A stretch of 64,000 nucleotides of DNA from an uncultured Clostridia bacterium (GCA_945929845.1 CAMEON010000002.1:443-64442), one strand, 5' to 3'. Counted from the first letter of the stretch, positions 33,909 through 43,576 are shown. Translations and numbers: made by a program. The notes: a model not told the origin generated them from the sequence alone.

Positions 33909-34712
33909 TTATGTTCCGTGTTTCTTATGCAGGCTGTTGACAAGGAGCAGACCCACGAGGTAGGTGACCACTGATACCACCACATCCCCGATCAGATCCA
34001 CTGCCACCTGAAGGCCGTTGTCCGGTGCTCCGACCCAGGCGATCAGGGTCATCTGATAGATCAAGTGGCTGGCCAAGCGGGTGAGCAGAACCATCAGAGC
34101 CATATCAAACAGGGATCGTTGCACCGGGTTTCGGAAATTGAACAGCTTTCCCAGCGGCAAAGGGTCGGAGGGTGTCAGCACCTCCCCATTCAGGACTGCC
34201 TGGGCATGGGCACTCTCCTGCTTCTTCCGCCACCAGCCCATATGGAGGCAGGCAATCGCCACCATGATCCAGTACGGTATCAATTCTACCAGAAGGCTGG
34301 GCAGGAGCAGCAGGACATCATCCAACAGGACAGAACCGGAAGGCAATGCCCCGTCTGTGATACAGTTGGCCACATAGTTACATACATACTTGGCCAGTGT
34401 GAACAAGGTGAAAGCAATGACCACAGATTTTCCGTACCGGAAGCGTCCCCGCCACAGGGCGTACACCGTCACCGGATAACAGATGACCAGGACGGCCAGT
34501 TCCAGAATGTCCAGAAGAATGCCCAGCAGGTTCAGCCACCAGGCACCCTGATACAGCACATTTGAAGCAAGGTTGACATACAAGGGAGCCAGAACGGCGC
34601 AGTACAGCACCAGAAAGGCAACATTCAGAAGACACACCCGCCCGGTGATGCGCCGCAGAGCCAGGCGGGTCAGGCCCTCCTGATTCAGTCTTTCCATATC
34701 GTTCATTTGCAT
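33909..34712 (-). CDS. Polytopic membrane protein of unknown function
   Basis: Six or more hydrophobic segments and no recognised motif. Its start overlaps the stop of the upstream kinase-like gene by 10 nt (operonic). Confidence 0.5.
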   Translation of the reverse strand: MQMNDMERLNQEGLTRLALRRITGRVCLLNVAFLVLYCAVLAPLYVNLASNVLYQGAWWLNLLGILLDILELAVLVICYPVTVYALWRGRFRYGKSVVIAFTLFTLAKYVCNYVANCITDGALPSGSVLLDDVLLLLPSLLVELIPYWIMVAIACLHMGWWRKKQESAHAQAVLNGEVLTPSDPLPLGKLFNFRNPVQRSLFDMALMVLLTRLASHLIYQMTLIAWVGAPDNGLQVAVDLIGDVVVSVVTYLVGLLLVNSLHKKHGT

Positions 34713-35689
34713 TCCTGCCTTTCTTTTTCATATCCGGTGATGAATGTCTCGTATAGCTCCCGGAATGCCGGGGTCTGTCCGCTCCGGCGGTAGGCTTCCA
34801 CCGCCGCCCCCCAGACGGCAGGCGCATGGGCGGTGCATATCTTTACATTCAGCGAGGGATCCGTCAGGCGTCCGATGCGGTCAGCCCAGGCGGGATCGTA
34901 ATGCTGACTGATGCCGCCGCCCAGAAGGACAGTCATGACCGGCAACGGCTCCCGGTCATTGTCCAGCCACCGCCGGGCGGCGGCAATGTACTCGGCGATA
35001 GCCGACGCATTGCGATTTAGGATAGCCTCTGCCACCTCGTCCCCTTCGGTGGCGGCGGAGAAGACCGCAGGGGCCATGGAGGCGATGTAGGGCTTTCCGC
35101 CGTCATAGATGCGGGTGATCCCCTGCTCCACCGGGCAACCCAGCACATCGGCCAGCCGCTCGGTCAGGCGGGTCGCCGGCCCCCGGCGGTCATAGGCTCG
35201 CAGAGCGGCCTCCAGCCCCTGCCGTCCGATGTCGTACCCACTCCCGGCGCTGTCCAGCAGGTAACCCCACCCGCCGATGCGGACAAGCTCTCTGCCCCGG
35301 CGCAGGAAGCAGGCACTGCCTGTCCCGCACACGATGCAGGCACCGTCTCCCTCGGGAAGCTCGGAGGACAGGAGGTTGACCACATCCGACCCGATGTCAA
35401 TGGAGCCGAGAGAGGGACACAGGTGGGAAAGTCGCTGTTTCATGTCCTCCCGATGGTTGAGTGCCCCGGCAATGCCGCCGAACAGGCAACAGTCCCCGGG
35501 GGCTACGCCGGCTCTCTCCACCAGCGTCTCCGCCATGCCAGCCAATCTGCGGCAGGCCACATCCACGCCAATGTCGTTGGGATTGGTGGCTCCGTCCCGC
35601 TCACGGGCAAGCAGGCATCCTCTTCCGTCCAGAAGAACGCCCTCTGTCTTGGTGCCTCCGCCGTCTATACCTATGACATACCGAAACAT
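34703..35689 (-). CDS. BadF/BadG/BcrA/BcrD-type ATPase (N-acetylglucosamine-kinase-like)
   Basis: MFRYVIGIDGGGTKTEGVLLD (ASKHA phosphate-1 motif), later CGTGSACF and GGWGYLLDSAGSGYDIG. Confidence 0.75.
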   Translation of the reverse strand: MFRYVIGIDGGGTKTEGVLLDGRGCLLARERDGATNPNDIGVDVACRRLAGMAETLVERAGVAPGDCCLFGGIAGALNHREDMKQRLSHLCPSLGSIDIGSDVVNLLSSELPEGDGACIVCGTGSACFLRRGRELVRIGGWGYLLDSAGSGYDIGRQGLEAALRAYDRRGPATRLTERLADVLGCPVEQGITRIYDGGKPYIASMAPAVFSAATEGDEVAEAILNRNASAIAEYIAAARRWLDNDREPLPVMTVLLGGGISQHYDPAWADRIGRLTDPSLNVKICTAHAPAVWGAAVEAYRRSGQTPAFRELYETFITGYEKERQECK

Positions 35690-35747
35690 TCTCTTTCCTC
35701 ATTACCTTCCGGTACATACCGGAACCGATTCAGTCCGTGCCTGCTTT

Positions 35748-37406
35748 TCACGATTGTGGATCCCGCTTTTCCTTCCCGTACTCTTCCGCATACCGTCCAT
35801 ACTTGCCATAGCCATACCGGCCATATTTCCCGTATCCATGGTACCGGGAATGGTAGTAACTCCCGCTCTTGATGTTCACATCATTCAGTACGAAGCCACC
35901 GACCGAAGCACCGTAGCCCTCCATGGTATCCACTGCCGAGGCGATCACCCGGCGGTCTGACACGCCAGCCCTGACAACAAAGGCATACCCGGTCACCAGG
36001 CGGCTGATGATACCGGCATCACTGACCTCGCACACCGGAGGAAGGTCGATGAATATGTAATCATACACCGCCTTGTACCGCTCCACGAGCTGATCCATCC
36101 GCTGGGAGGCCAACAGCTCGGCGGGATTGGGCGGGTTCTTCCCACTGGTTATGACATCCAGCTCCCCTCCGCCGCAGTCCAGGTGATTCACCGTCACCTC
36201 CTCCGGCTTGCAAAGGCCAGCCAACAACTCGCTGAGGCCGTTGACCCGAGGGTCTGTACCGAAGATGCGGTGCTGGGCGGGGCAACGCAGGTCAGCATCC
36301 AGGAGGAGTACCCGCTTTCCCATCTGGGCAAAGGCAATGGCTGTGTTGGCTGTTATCAGGGACTTTCCGGCATCTACATAGGCAGAGGTGACGGCATACA
36401 CCGGACAGCTCTCCCCTTTTGTGATATACAGCAGGTTTGTCCGCAACAGCTTGAAGGACTCACTGATGGCAAAGGGGGTCTCCGGGCTAAGCAGGCGGCC
36501 ACTGTAATCCTTTCTGAGCGTGGGCTTCCTTGTCACAGAAGCCCCTTGGTCATTCTGCCGACTGGCAGGGGTCGTGCGGCTTTCTGTGCCGGGCTTGCTT
36601 TTGGCAGACAGACTTGCGCCTTTCCCGTTTCCGTTCCCATACCTGTTCTCCCAGGTGGGTATCTGTCCGATCAGGGGGATGGCGGGGAAATACACCTTCA
36701 GCTCCTCCTCGCCATGCACGGTACAATCGAAATAGGTGAACAGCACCAGCACAAGGTACGAAAGCAGGAATCCAATGGCAAATCCCACGGCCGCATATCC
36801 GGCAATACCCAGCCCCGTACGGGTGGTTGTATCGTCACCGGCTCCATTGAGCACCTTGATTACGCTGGAGCGTGTTTCGGTGTTGCTTTCATTCTCTATG
36901 CCCAGATTGTAATCCAGGACACCGGCCAGGGATTGTTCAATGGAGCGGGCCACATCCATGGCCACCTGTCGCTCCTGATTGGTGATCCGCACGGTCACCA
37001 CCTGATTATTGGTGGTGATCCTTTCGATCATGTCGCCCACATCCCGGCGGGTGTATGTATCGTACGCCGAGGATCCGTTGGCATGAGCGATCTCCTTCAA
37101 TTTGTCCAGGGCCGCATCCAATGCCCTGTCTGACTGGATCACAGCCGGGATTGCCTTGACCAGATTGACCGCATCCCCCGCTTCTCCCACATCTATCTGC
37201 AATCCGTCATCCGTCTGGGAAAAGCCGTTGACAAGGAACTTGATCTCGGTGGTGTACCTGGTGGACATGAAGAGTGCCCGCACACCCCCGCCTATCAACG
37301 CTGCCAACAGTGCCGCCACGAGGATCCACAGCAGGTTGTTCCTGAAAACCTTGAGCAAGTATACCAAATCCACGGCCTGCTGTTTCCCGGTGCTGCTCTT
37401 GTTCAT
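35748..37406 (-). CDS. Fused Wzz-like chain-length modulator / bacterial tyrosine (BY) autokinase with a Tyr-rich tail
   Basis: N-terminal TM plus Wzz-like domain plus second TM. Kinase domain with Walker A SAYVDAGKS and LLLDADLRCP. C-terminal YYHSRYHGYGKYGRYGYGKYGRYAEEYG. AAGGAG lies upstream of the ATG at 37406. Confidence 0.8.
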   Translation of the reverse strand: MNKSSTGKQQAVDLVYLLKVFRNNLLWILVAALLAALIGGGVRALFMSTRYTTEIKFLVNGFSQTDDGLQIDVGEAGDAVNLVKAIPAVIQSDRALDAALDKLKEIAHANGSSAYDTYTRRDVGDMIERITTNNQVVTVRITNQERQVAMDVARSIEQSLAGVLDYNLGIENESNTETRSSVIKVLNGAGDDTTTRTGLGIAGYAAVGFAIGFLLSYLVLVLFTYFDCTVHGEEELKVYFPAIPLIGQIPTWENRYGNGNGKGASLSAKSKPGTESRTTPASRQNDQGASVTRKPTLRKDYSGRLLSPETPFAISESFKLLRTNLLYITKGESCPVYAVTSAYVDAGKSLITANTAIAFAQMGKRVLLLDADLRCPAQHRIFGTDPRVNGLSELLAGLCKPEEVTVNHLDCGGGELDVITSGKNPPNPAELLASQRMDQLVERYKAVYDYIFIDLPPVCEVSDAGIISRLVTGYAFVVRAGVSDRRVIASAVDTMEGYGASVGGFVLNDVNIKSGSYYHSRYHGYGKYGRYGYGKYGRYAEEYGKEKRDPQS

Positions 37407-37614
37407 GATCCATTTTCTCCTTATTTTCCCAACGGCATATCCCCGTGTGACAGTATGCGCAGACAATTACCATCCTATTATACACGCATCCTGTCAGTTT
37501 GTCAAGTATTTTGTAGAATCAGACGCCGCTTTGCGGGGATAGAGGACAGCAAGGCGGCTATGGAATAGCCGTATAATTCCATGTTTCATAAGATTCTTTG
37601 CCCCATCCCCCCGA

Positions 37615-37655
37615 CCCCCTTCCCCGCTGGGGAAGGGGGAGAATCTTTATTTTTT
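37615..37655 (+). terminator. Orphan intrinsic-terminator-like hairpin with no upstream plus-strand gene
   Basis: Perfect 11-bp stem CCCCCTTCCCC/GGGGAAGGGGG (37615-37639), then AGAATCTTTATTTTTT. Confidence 0.45.
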
Positions 37656-37952
37656 CTGCAAGGGGCCTGCGGCCCCTTGCATCCCTGCCTATTTCGCCAG
37701 ACGCCAGCTGTGCTGACCGGATGCAGGATAACGCTGGGCGTATTTGCAGAGGTACCTGGGACGGCAGTCCCCGGCGAAAAAATCCCCATACCCCTTTCCC
37801 TGTCGAGGAAGGGGGTATGGAATAGGGCAAAGCCCGGGTTTTGCCTGGGGCGTAAATCGATATGGGACAGTAAATCACACATATATGTCGTGGTCAAGCA
37901 CCTGAGCTGTTGCCATGAAACCGCACTGAAAAGAAATTTTCGCAGAATATGT

Positions 37953-37981
37953 TTGACATTTTGAAAGAATTATGGTATAAT
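37953..37981 (+). promoter_or_regulatory. Consensus extended -10 promoter TTGACA-17-TATAAT for the ADP-ribosylglycohydrolase gene
   Basis: ttgacattttgaaagaattatggtataat (TGgTATAAT). Confidence 0.7.
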
Positions 37982-38109
37982 ATGTGTAGTAAGTATGAAC
38001 AGGTCATATCCATGGCCGACACACGGAAGGATGTACCTGTACCGCAAGGATGACACTGCTGACCCGGAAAGTGTATTTCATGTACATGAATACGAAACGG
38101 AGGTTTACT

Positions 38110-38934
38110 ATGCTGGGAGCCATACTGGGAGACATCATCGGCTCGATCTACGAGTATCAGCCGATCAAGACCAAGGATTTTGAGCTATTGACAACGGACA
38201 ATCACCCGACAGACGACACCATCATGACGGTAGCCGTGGGTCTTGTCACCGCCTCCCGTGAGCATCACGAGGAGGAAGAGTACAAGCGAAATCTGGTCAA
38301 GTTCATGCGGCTTCTCGGGAAGGAATTTCCGGATGCAGGCTACGGTATGCGCTTTTCCCGTTGGCTGTGCGCCGAGGACTCTGCTTCTTACCACAGCTAT
38401 GGCAACGGCTCAGCTATGCGGGTCTCTCCGGTCGGATGGTTTGCAAGCTCATTGGCGGAAGCCGAGCAGTTGGCGCGATGGAGTGCCGAGGTAACACACG
38501 ATCACCCGGACGGTGTGCGGGGGGCGCAAGCGGTGGCCGCCGCCATCTATATGGCAAGGACAGCCAAGGACATCGGTCGCATCCGGGGCTATATCTCCTC
38601 CTACTATTTCCCACTGGACTTCCGTCTGAATAAGATCCGCCCGTCCTACAGCTATGATGAAACCAGCACGGGGAGTGTGCCCCAGGCCATTGAGTGCTTC
38701 CTGGAGTCCAGCTCCTACGAGGATGCTGTCCGCAATGCAGTCTCCCTTGGCGGCGATGCAGACACCCAGGCGTGTATTGCCGGATCCATTGCCGAGGCAT
38801 ACTATGGCATTCCTGCGCCGTTGCAAAAGGCGGCTATGACTTACATGGATCAGCGCCTGACCCGCCTGTTCCTGGCCTATGCCACAAGATTGTACCAAAG
38901 GGCCAGACAGGCAGCAGGAGCGAAGGAGGGCTGA
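38110..38934 (+). CDS. ADP-ribosylglycohydrolase family protein
   Basis: MLGAILGDIIGSIYE...TDDTIMT...GNGSAMRVSPVG...GGDADTQACIAGSIAEAYYG are family signature stretches. GGAGG lies 6 nt before the ATG at 38110. Confidence 0.85.
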   Translation: MLGAILGDIIGSIYEYQPIKTKDFELLTTDNHPTDDTIMTVAVGLVTASREHHEEEEYKRNLVKFMRLLGKEFPDAGYGMRFSRWLCAEDSASYHSYGNGSAMRVSPVGWFASSLAEAEQLARWSAEVTHDHPDGVRGAQAVAAAIYMARTAKDIGRIRGYISSYYFPLDFRLNKIRPSYSYDETSTGSVPQAIECFLESSSYEDAVRNAVSLGGDADTQACIAGSIAEAYYGIPAPLQKAAMTYMDQRLTRLFLAYATRLYQRARQAAGAKEG

Positions 38935-38977
38935 CCCCTGCGACCAGGGAAGGCAGCTTCCCAGGTAGGTACAGGAA

Positions 38978-39949
38978 TCAGCTTCTCTGTTCATCACCAA
39001 GGCAGTACACAGTGCCGACGGACAGTACATTATTGCCGTAGCCGATATACACCCGTTGCCAGGTCTCCCAGGTGCCCTCATAGCAGATGCGCACCTGCCC
39101 GGTCACGCCATAAAAAGCCATTTCCGCAATCGCCTGCACGGTGAGGGGTACCGTGACGGAGAGGTCATTCCGTGCCGGGGGACAGCAAAGCAGGACGGTG
39201 CAAGCCTTATCATACAGTATGCCCCCCACAGATCGGAAGATAGGGTTGTCTGCCTCCACCGAAAGGTAGGCCAGACGGGGGCAGGCGGCAAAGGCCAGTG
39301 TGCCGATCTTTTCCACGCTGGCGGGAATGTATACCGCCGAGAGCACGCCGCACCCGTAAAAGGCCTTTTCCGCTATGGCGGTGACAGGCCACCCCTCCGG
39401 ACTGACGGCGGGGATGATCAGGCAGGTGTCTGTACAGCTTCCCATGCCGGTCAGTATACAGCTCCCGTCCTCCTGTAGCCGGAAGGAAAGACCCTGGGAA
39501 GCGGGCGGCGCACCCTGCCAGATACCGCCCGGCTGGGTGTCTGTCTCCGTATCTGCGGGTGGCTCCGTGGAAGGCTCCTCGGTGTCGGCAGGCGGATCCG
39601 TCTGCTCCGGAAGGCTTTCAAGAGAGAGCGTTTCCAGAATCTCCAGGGGATCGTCGGAATCGGCACAGGAAATCGCATCGGTGACGGATGGCTCTTTCCG
39701 CCCGGTGTCCTCCTCTCCCGCATCGGCTTCCGGCGTGGTATCCGTGCCCTCGGCGGCCTCTGCGCCTGCGTATGTAACCTCCCCGGTTCCCTCGGCCGAC
39801 CCGGAAGGAGGTACGGACTTGGCGTTTTGTGTGCCTACGCAGATAAGCAGCATCACACTGAGGATCAGGGCGACCACAAAAAGGGCCGCCGCCGTCCGCC
39901 GCAAAATGACAATGTCCCTGTCGATCTTTTTGATGTCCCATTTTTTCAT
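38978..39949 (-). CDS. Membrane-anchored BspA-type LRR surface protein
   Basis: MKKWDIKKIDRDIVILRRTAAALFVVALILSVMLLICVG anchor, acidic T/E/P linker, then GMGSCTDTCLIIPAVSPEGWPVTAIAEKAFYGC... LRR_5 repeats. Start taken at 39949. Confidence 0.65.
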   Translation of the reverse strand: MKKWDIKKIDRDIVILRRTAAALFVVALILSVMLLICVGTQNAKSVPPSGSAEGTGEVTYAGAEAAEGTDTTPEADAGEEDTGRKEPSVTDAISCADSDDPLEILETLSLESLPEQTDPPADTEEPSTEPPADTETDTQPGGIWQGAPPASQGLSFRLQEDGSCILTGMGSCTDTCLIIPAVSPEGWPVTAIAEKAFYGCGVLSAVYIPASVEKIGTLAFAACPRLAYLSVEADNPIFRSVGGILYDKACTVLLCCPPARNDLSVTVPLTVQAIAEMAFYGVTGQVRICYEGTWETWQRVYIGYGNNVLSVGTVYCLGDEQRS

Positions 39950-40236
39950 ATGTATCTGTGTACCGCCCTTCTGCGGACAAGTTGGCTGTCCGCAAAAGGC
40001 AGTATAGCAAAAAAGACTTGCCGGGTCAAGAAAATTCCTTCGACCGTAAAGGAGCCGGCAACTCATATTTTACCACTGTTTTACATTCTTTCTGCTATAG
40101 GGAGAGGCAAAACAGGAGCTTCTGTCATCTCCGGTCGAAGGGTTTTTCACACCGGATACGCATATTTCAGAAAAGGAACCGGGAGTCAGCCCACAGGGTG
40201 CTCCCGGTTCCATGTTTTCGTATTGGATTCTTCAGG

Positions 40237-42081
40237 TTACTTTATACCGCGAAGGGAGACGATGGCATCGATCAGGTCGGAGTAGGCCTTTTCCTCGAAG
40301 GGGGAGGAAATGCCTGCCCGCTCCAGCGTGCCGAGGAAGGTATCACTCTCGCCCACGGTGCAGATGTTCAGGTAAGCGGCTGTGGCTGTCTCATAATTCT
40401 CCAAGGACATGCAGTACAGGTCAATGGAGGGAAGCAGGGACATGGCGTAGCTGATATAGTAGCCCGGGTTGTCAACCACCACATAGTGCCAGTAGGATAC
40501 GGGGTCTGCGTACAGCTCAACGAACAGATCATAAATGCCCAACTCCTTCATGATGTCAGTCATCACGCCGTCCAGATCCCCGGCCTGGTAGTCGTCGTGG
40601 GTGTACGCATACATCTCAAACTCGTTGACAGCCAGGCAATTGCAGATACTGCTCAGGTCAGAGAACAATTTGTAGTACACCAGGAGCTTATAGCTCTCTG
40701 CGGACATATACCCCTTGAGGTTAGCCGTATACAGCCACTCATTCCCCTGGGAATGCACCTCTGCAAGATCCATGGGAATATCCATGGTTCCGGACTGGGA
40801 CATAGCATAGCAGTGGCCAAACTCATGAATGACAGTGTAGGTGCTCTGATAACCCGGGCCGAAGTAGAAGAGCGGGTAGCCCAGCTTATCAAAATATACA
40901 GAGAAGGCACCTTCCCGGCTGATTTCCGCATTGTTGGCCAGAATGAAATGGTTTTCCGTCCACATGGAGTGGTATGCGGCATTCACACCTTCCCCGAGAG
41001 AATTGAGATATTCCTCCACGGACTTCTTTATTGCCGCATTCCCGTCGCCCAATGTGTCCACCACACCGAGGTAGGAAAGGTCGGAGGTCATATAGGTGAT
41101 AAAGGCACGGTAATCCTCCGTCGGCATTTTTTCCATCATGGAGCTGATCTGGTTCCACAGCAGATTCAGTTGGGGCACAATGTACTTCTTGACATACGCC
41201 TTCATCTGCTCCACATCGGCGGGGGTATAGTCCCGGTCGTACCCCAAGCTGTACGCATAGGTCATGTAGTCCTCATATCCGCAAAGGGTGGCTATCTGCT
41301 TGTTGATTTTCACAGCACGCATATAGATCTCTGCGGTTGCGGCCATATAGGTATCATCCTGGGGAAGCTTGTAATACTCCATCTTCAGCTCGTCATAGGA
41401 CACCCGGAGCTGTTTCAGTTCGTCGGTATAAGTCCCGGCCATGGCTACCGCCTGCTTGCGCTCTTCCTCAGTCCATCCCTCGAAGAAAGCATCGGCGTAT
41501 ACGGATGCATCAATGTCATCGTACAGCATGATGAGGTGTTGCAGGACATCGTTGTACATCTGACTGACGGATTCGAAGCAGGCAGACTTGTCCTCATCAC
41601 CTGCATAGACCATGCTGAGGACATTGGCGATCAGGTACTGATCCGTCAGAACAGCAAAATCCTCCTCCTCGACCTCAGAATAGAGGGTCAGGAACTCCTC
41701 CTGCTTTTCCGGGTCATTGTCCGAAAGCAGGGCTGTCAGGGTATCCACCTTCCCATTGAGTGCGGCGTATGCCTCATCGCTATAGGTATACACAATGTCC
41801 GGGTTGCGGCAGATGATGTCATTCGGACCGGCGGTGACAGGCTCCGGGGCGGTGGTATCCGCTTCTGTTTTCTCCTGAACCGTTTGTTCCGGTTCTGTGT
41901 CTGTGGCCTGCTCCGGGGTCTCGGTGGGAGTGGCGCTTCCTTCTGTGTCTGTGGCTACCGTGACTGTGGTATCGTCCTCCGGGCCGCCCTTCTCCTTGCA
42001 AGAGGCAATACAGAAAAGGGATGCCATCAGGATCAGAACCATCATGGTTGCAAGCAAAAGCCGTTGTGCCTTAGTGCTCAT
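40237..42081 (-). CDS. Lipoprotein zinc metallopeptidase, M3 (oligoendopeptidase F-like) candidate
   Basis: MSTKAQRLLLATMMVLILMASLFCIASC lipobox, T/E/P linker, HEFGH zinc motif (YTVIHEFGHCYAM). Confidence 0.55.
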   Translation of the reverse strand: MSTKAQRLLLATMMVLILMASLFCIASCKEKGGPEDDTTVTVATDTEGSATPTETPEQATDTEPEQTVQEKTEADTTAPEPVTAGPNDIICRNPDIVYTYSDEAYAALNGKVDTLTALLSDNDPEKQEEFLTLYSEVEEEDFAVLTDQYLIANVLSMVYAGDEDKSACFESVSQMYNDVLQHLIMLYDDIDASVYADAFFEGWTEEERKQAVAMAGTYTDELKQLRVSYDELKMEYYKLPQDDTYMAATAEIYMRAVKINKQIATLCGYEDYMTYAYSLGYDRDYTPADVEQMKAYVKKYIVPQLNLLWNQISSMMEKMPTEDYRAFITYMTSDLSYLGVVDTLGDGNAAIKKSVEEYLNSLGEGVNAAYHSMWTENHFILANNAEISREGAFSVYFDKLGYPLFYFGPGYQSTYTVIHEFGHCYAMSQSGTMDIPMDLAEVHSQGNEWLYTANLKGYMSAESYKLLVYYKLFSDLSSICNCLAVNEFEMYAYTHDDYQAGDLDGVMTDIMKELGIYDLFVELYADPVSYWHYVVVDNPGYYISYAMSLLPSIDLYCMSLENYETATAAYLNICTVGESDTFLGTLERAGISSPFEEKAYSDLIDAIVSLRGIK

Positions 42082-42183
42082 TGGTCATATATCCTCCTAA
42101 AAAAAACTGTTCTTATTATAACACATATACCCGATGAAGTCAATACAGGCAGGAAATATATTTCTGTTGCGGTTTACCTGTTT

Positions 42184-42205
42184 GTTACAGTTCTCCCGTC
42201 CCCCG
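42184..42205 (-). repeat. Solo terminus-like fragment of the MITE-like family
   Basis: gttacagttctcccgtcccccg: 10/11 match to the TIR followed by a G/C-rich subterminal stretch like the right end of the other copies. No further similarity. Confidence 0.35.
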
Positions 42206-42253
42206 GCTGACATGTAAGCAGAAATGCAACACCCAGGAATCCGAAAAAACACC

Positions 42254-42282
42254 TTGACAAATCGAAAAAAGCGTGGTATAAT
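42254..42282 (+). promoter_or_regulatory. Consensus extended -10 promoter TTGACA-17-TATAAT for tRNA-Leu
   Basis: ttgacaaatcgaaaaaagcgtggtataat, 40 nt upstream of the tRNA 5' end. Confidence 0.75.
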
Positions 42283-42321
42283 GCAGGAAAAGGTTCTGAC
42301 CTGACGGAAAGAACCTTCTTT

Positions 42322-42406
42322 GCGGGTATGGCGGAACTGGCAGACGCCCAAGATTTAGGATCTTGTGCCGCAAGGCGTGCAGGTTCGACTCCTGTTACCC
42401 GCACCA
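42322..42406 (+). tRNA. tRNA-Leu: tRNA-Leu (anticodon TAG), CCA encoded
   Basis: Cloverleaf read by eye: acceptor GCGGGTA/TACCCGC, anticodon stem CAAGA/TCTTG with loop TTTAGGA, long variable arm, T-arm CAGGTTCGACTCCTG, 3' ACCA. Confidence 0.9.
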
Positions 42407-42407
42407 G

Positions 42408-42458
42408 TCGGTAGCACCGACAGCCCATACTGTTGCTGTCCCTGCTACCGGTTTTTTT
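42408..42458 (+). terminator. Intrinsic terminator after tRNA-Leu
   Basis: CGGTAGC...GCTACCG enclosing an inner GACAGC/GCTGTC hairpin, followed by TTTTTTT. Confidence 0.75.
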
Positions 42459-42618
42459 GCCCGTCAAACTGTCAGACCTGCCCGGAAGTCCCGGCGGATG
42501 ATCGAGAAACCATACGCTGTTCCTGTCCGTTTACAGATACCTGCAAGCCGGTATCTGGTATCTGTGACCTGTAAATTGTCTTCATTTTCTTCTTCATAGA
42601 ATCAAGGAGGCTATCACT

Positions 42619-43542
42619 ATGGCAAACGATTGCGTACTTTACAACCCCCTGGCCGGGAACGGTCGGGGAGCGGAGGAGTCCCGCCGCCTGGACACCGTCT
42701 GGCCGGACAAGGAGCTGGACTATGTGGATCTGACCACCATTGAAGATGTCCGAGCCTACCTGGACGCTCTGCCTGCCGGTGTGTCCGTGATCCTGGCCGG
42801 CGGAGACGGCACCGTCAATCGGTTCATCAATGCCCTGGAGGGCAGGGATCCGGGTCGGGATGTCTACTACTTTGCCACGGGAAGCGGCAACGACTTCCTC
42901 CACGACCTGCTGGACGGTGACAAGGAGGGCAACTTCTCTGCCGACAAGCCTCTTCTGCTCAACCCTTACATGAAGGATCTGCCTGTGGTTCATGTCAACG
43001 GCATGACCCGCTACTTCATCAACGGCATCGGGTATGGCATTGACGGGTACTGTTGTGAGGTGGGAGACAAGATCCGGGCCACCTCGGACAAGCCTGTCAA
43101 CTACACCTCCATCGCCATCAAAGGGTTGCTATTCGGATACCACCGCACCACAGCGGAGGTAACAGTGGACGGCAAGACCGAAAGCTATAAGCATGTCTGG
43201 CTGACGCCCACCATGAATGGCCGTTTCTACGGAGGCGGAATGATGTGTGCCCCCGGTCAGGACAGGCTGAATCCGGAACGGCATGTGACGGTCATGGTCA
43301 TGCGTGGCCTGTCCAAACTCAAGACGCTGATGGTATTCCCCTCTATTTTCAAGGGGGAGCATATCAAGCACACCGAAATGGTCAGCATGCACACCGGACA
43401 CCGGGTGACGGTAAAGTTTGACCGTCCCACCGCCTTGCAGATCGACGGGGAGACTGTTCTGGGCGTAACGGAGTATGCGGTGGAGACCGCCGCTGTGCGG
43501 AAGGAACAGCCGGAGAAACAGGAAGCCGGAGTTGTTTCGTAA
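42619..43542 (+). CDS. Diacylglycerol/lipid kinase family protein (YegS/BmrU-like)
   Basis: VILAGGDGTVNRFINAL and GSGNDF motifs of the DAGK catalytic domain. AAGGAGG lies 8 nt upstream. Confidence 0.7.
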   Translation: MANDCVLYNPLAGNGRGAEESRRLDTVWPDKELDYVDLTTIEDVRAYLDALPAGVSVILAGGDGTVNRFINALEGRDPGRDVYYFATGSGNDFLHDLLDGDKEGNFSADKPLLLNPYMKDLPVVHVNGMTRYFINGIGYGIDGYCCEVGDKIRATSDKPVNYTSIAIKGLLFGYHRTTAEVTVDGKTESYKHVWLTPTMNGRFYGGGMMCAPGQDRLNPERHVTVMVMRGLSKLKTLMVFPSIFKGEHIKHTEMVSMHTGHRVTVKFDRPTALQIDGETVLGVTEYAVETAAVRKEQPEKQEAGVVS

Positions 43543-43576
43543 CTGGTACGAAGCAAACATTTTCAAGCATACATGA

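Noticed and set aside
39958-42210. 750-aa plus-strand ORF covering the peptidase gene and part of the LRR gene
   Set aside because: It is antisense to two genes with signal peptides and recognisable motifs (HEFGH, LRR_5). It has no RBS or start context and a biased composition.
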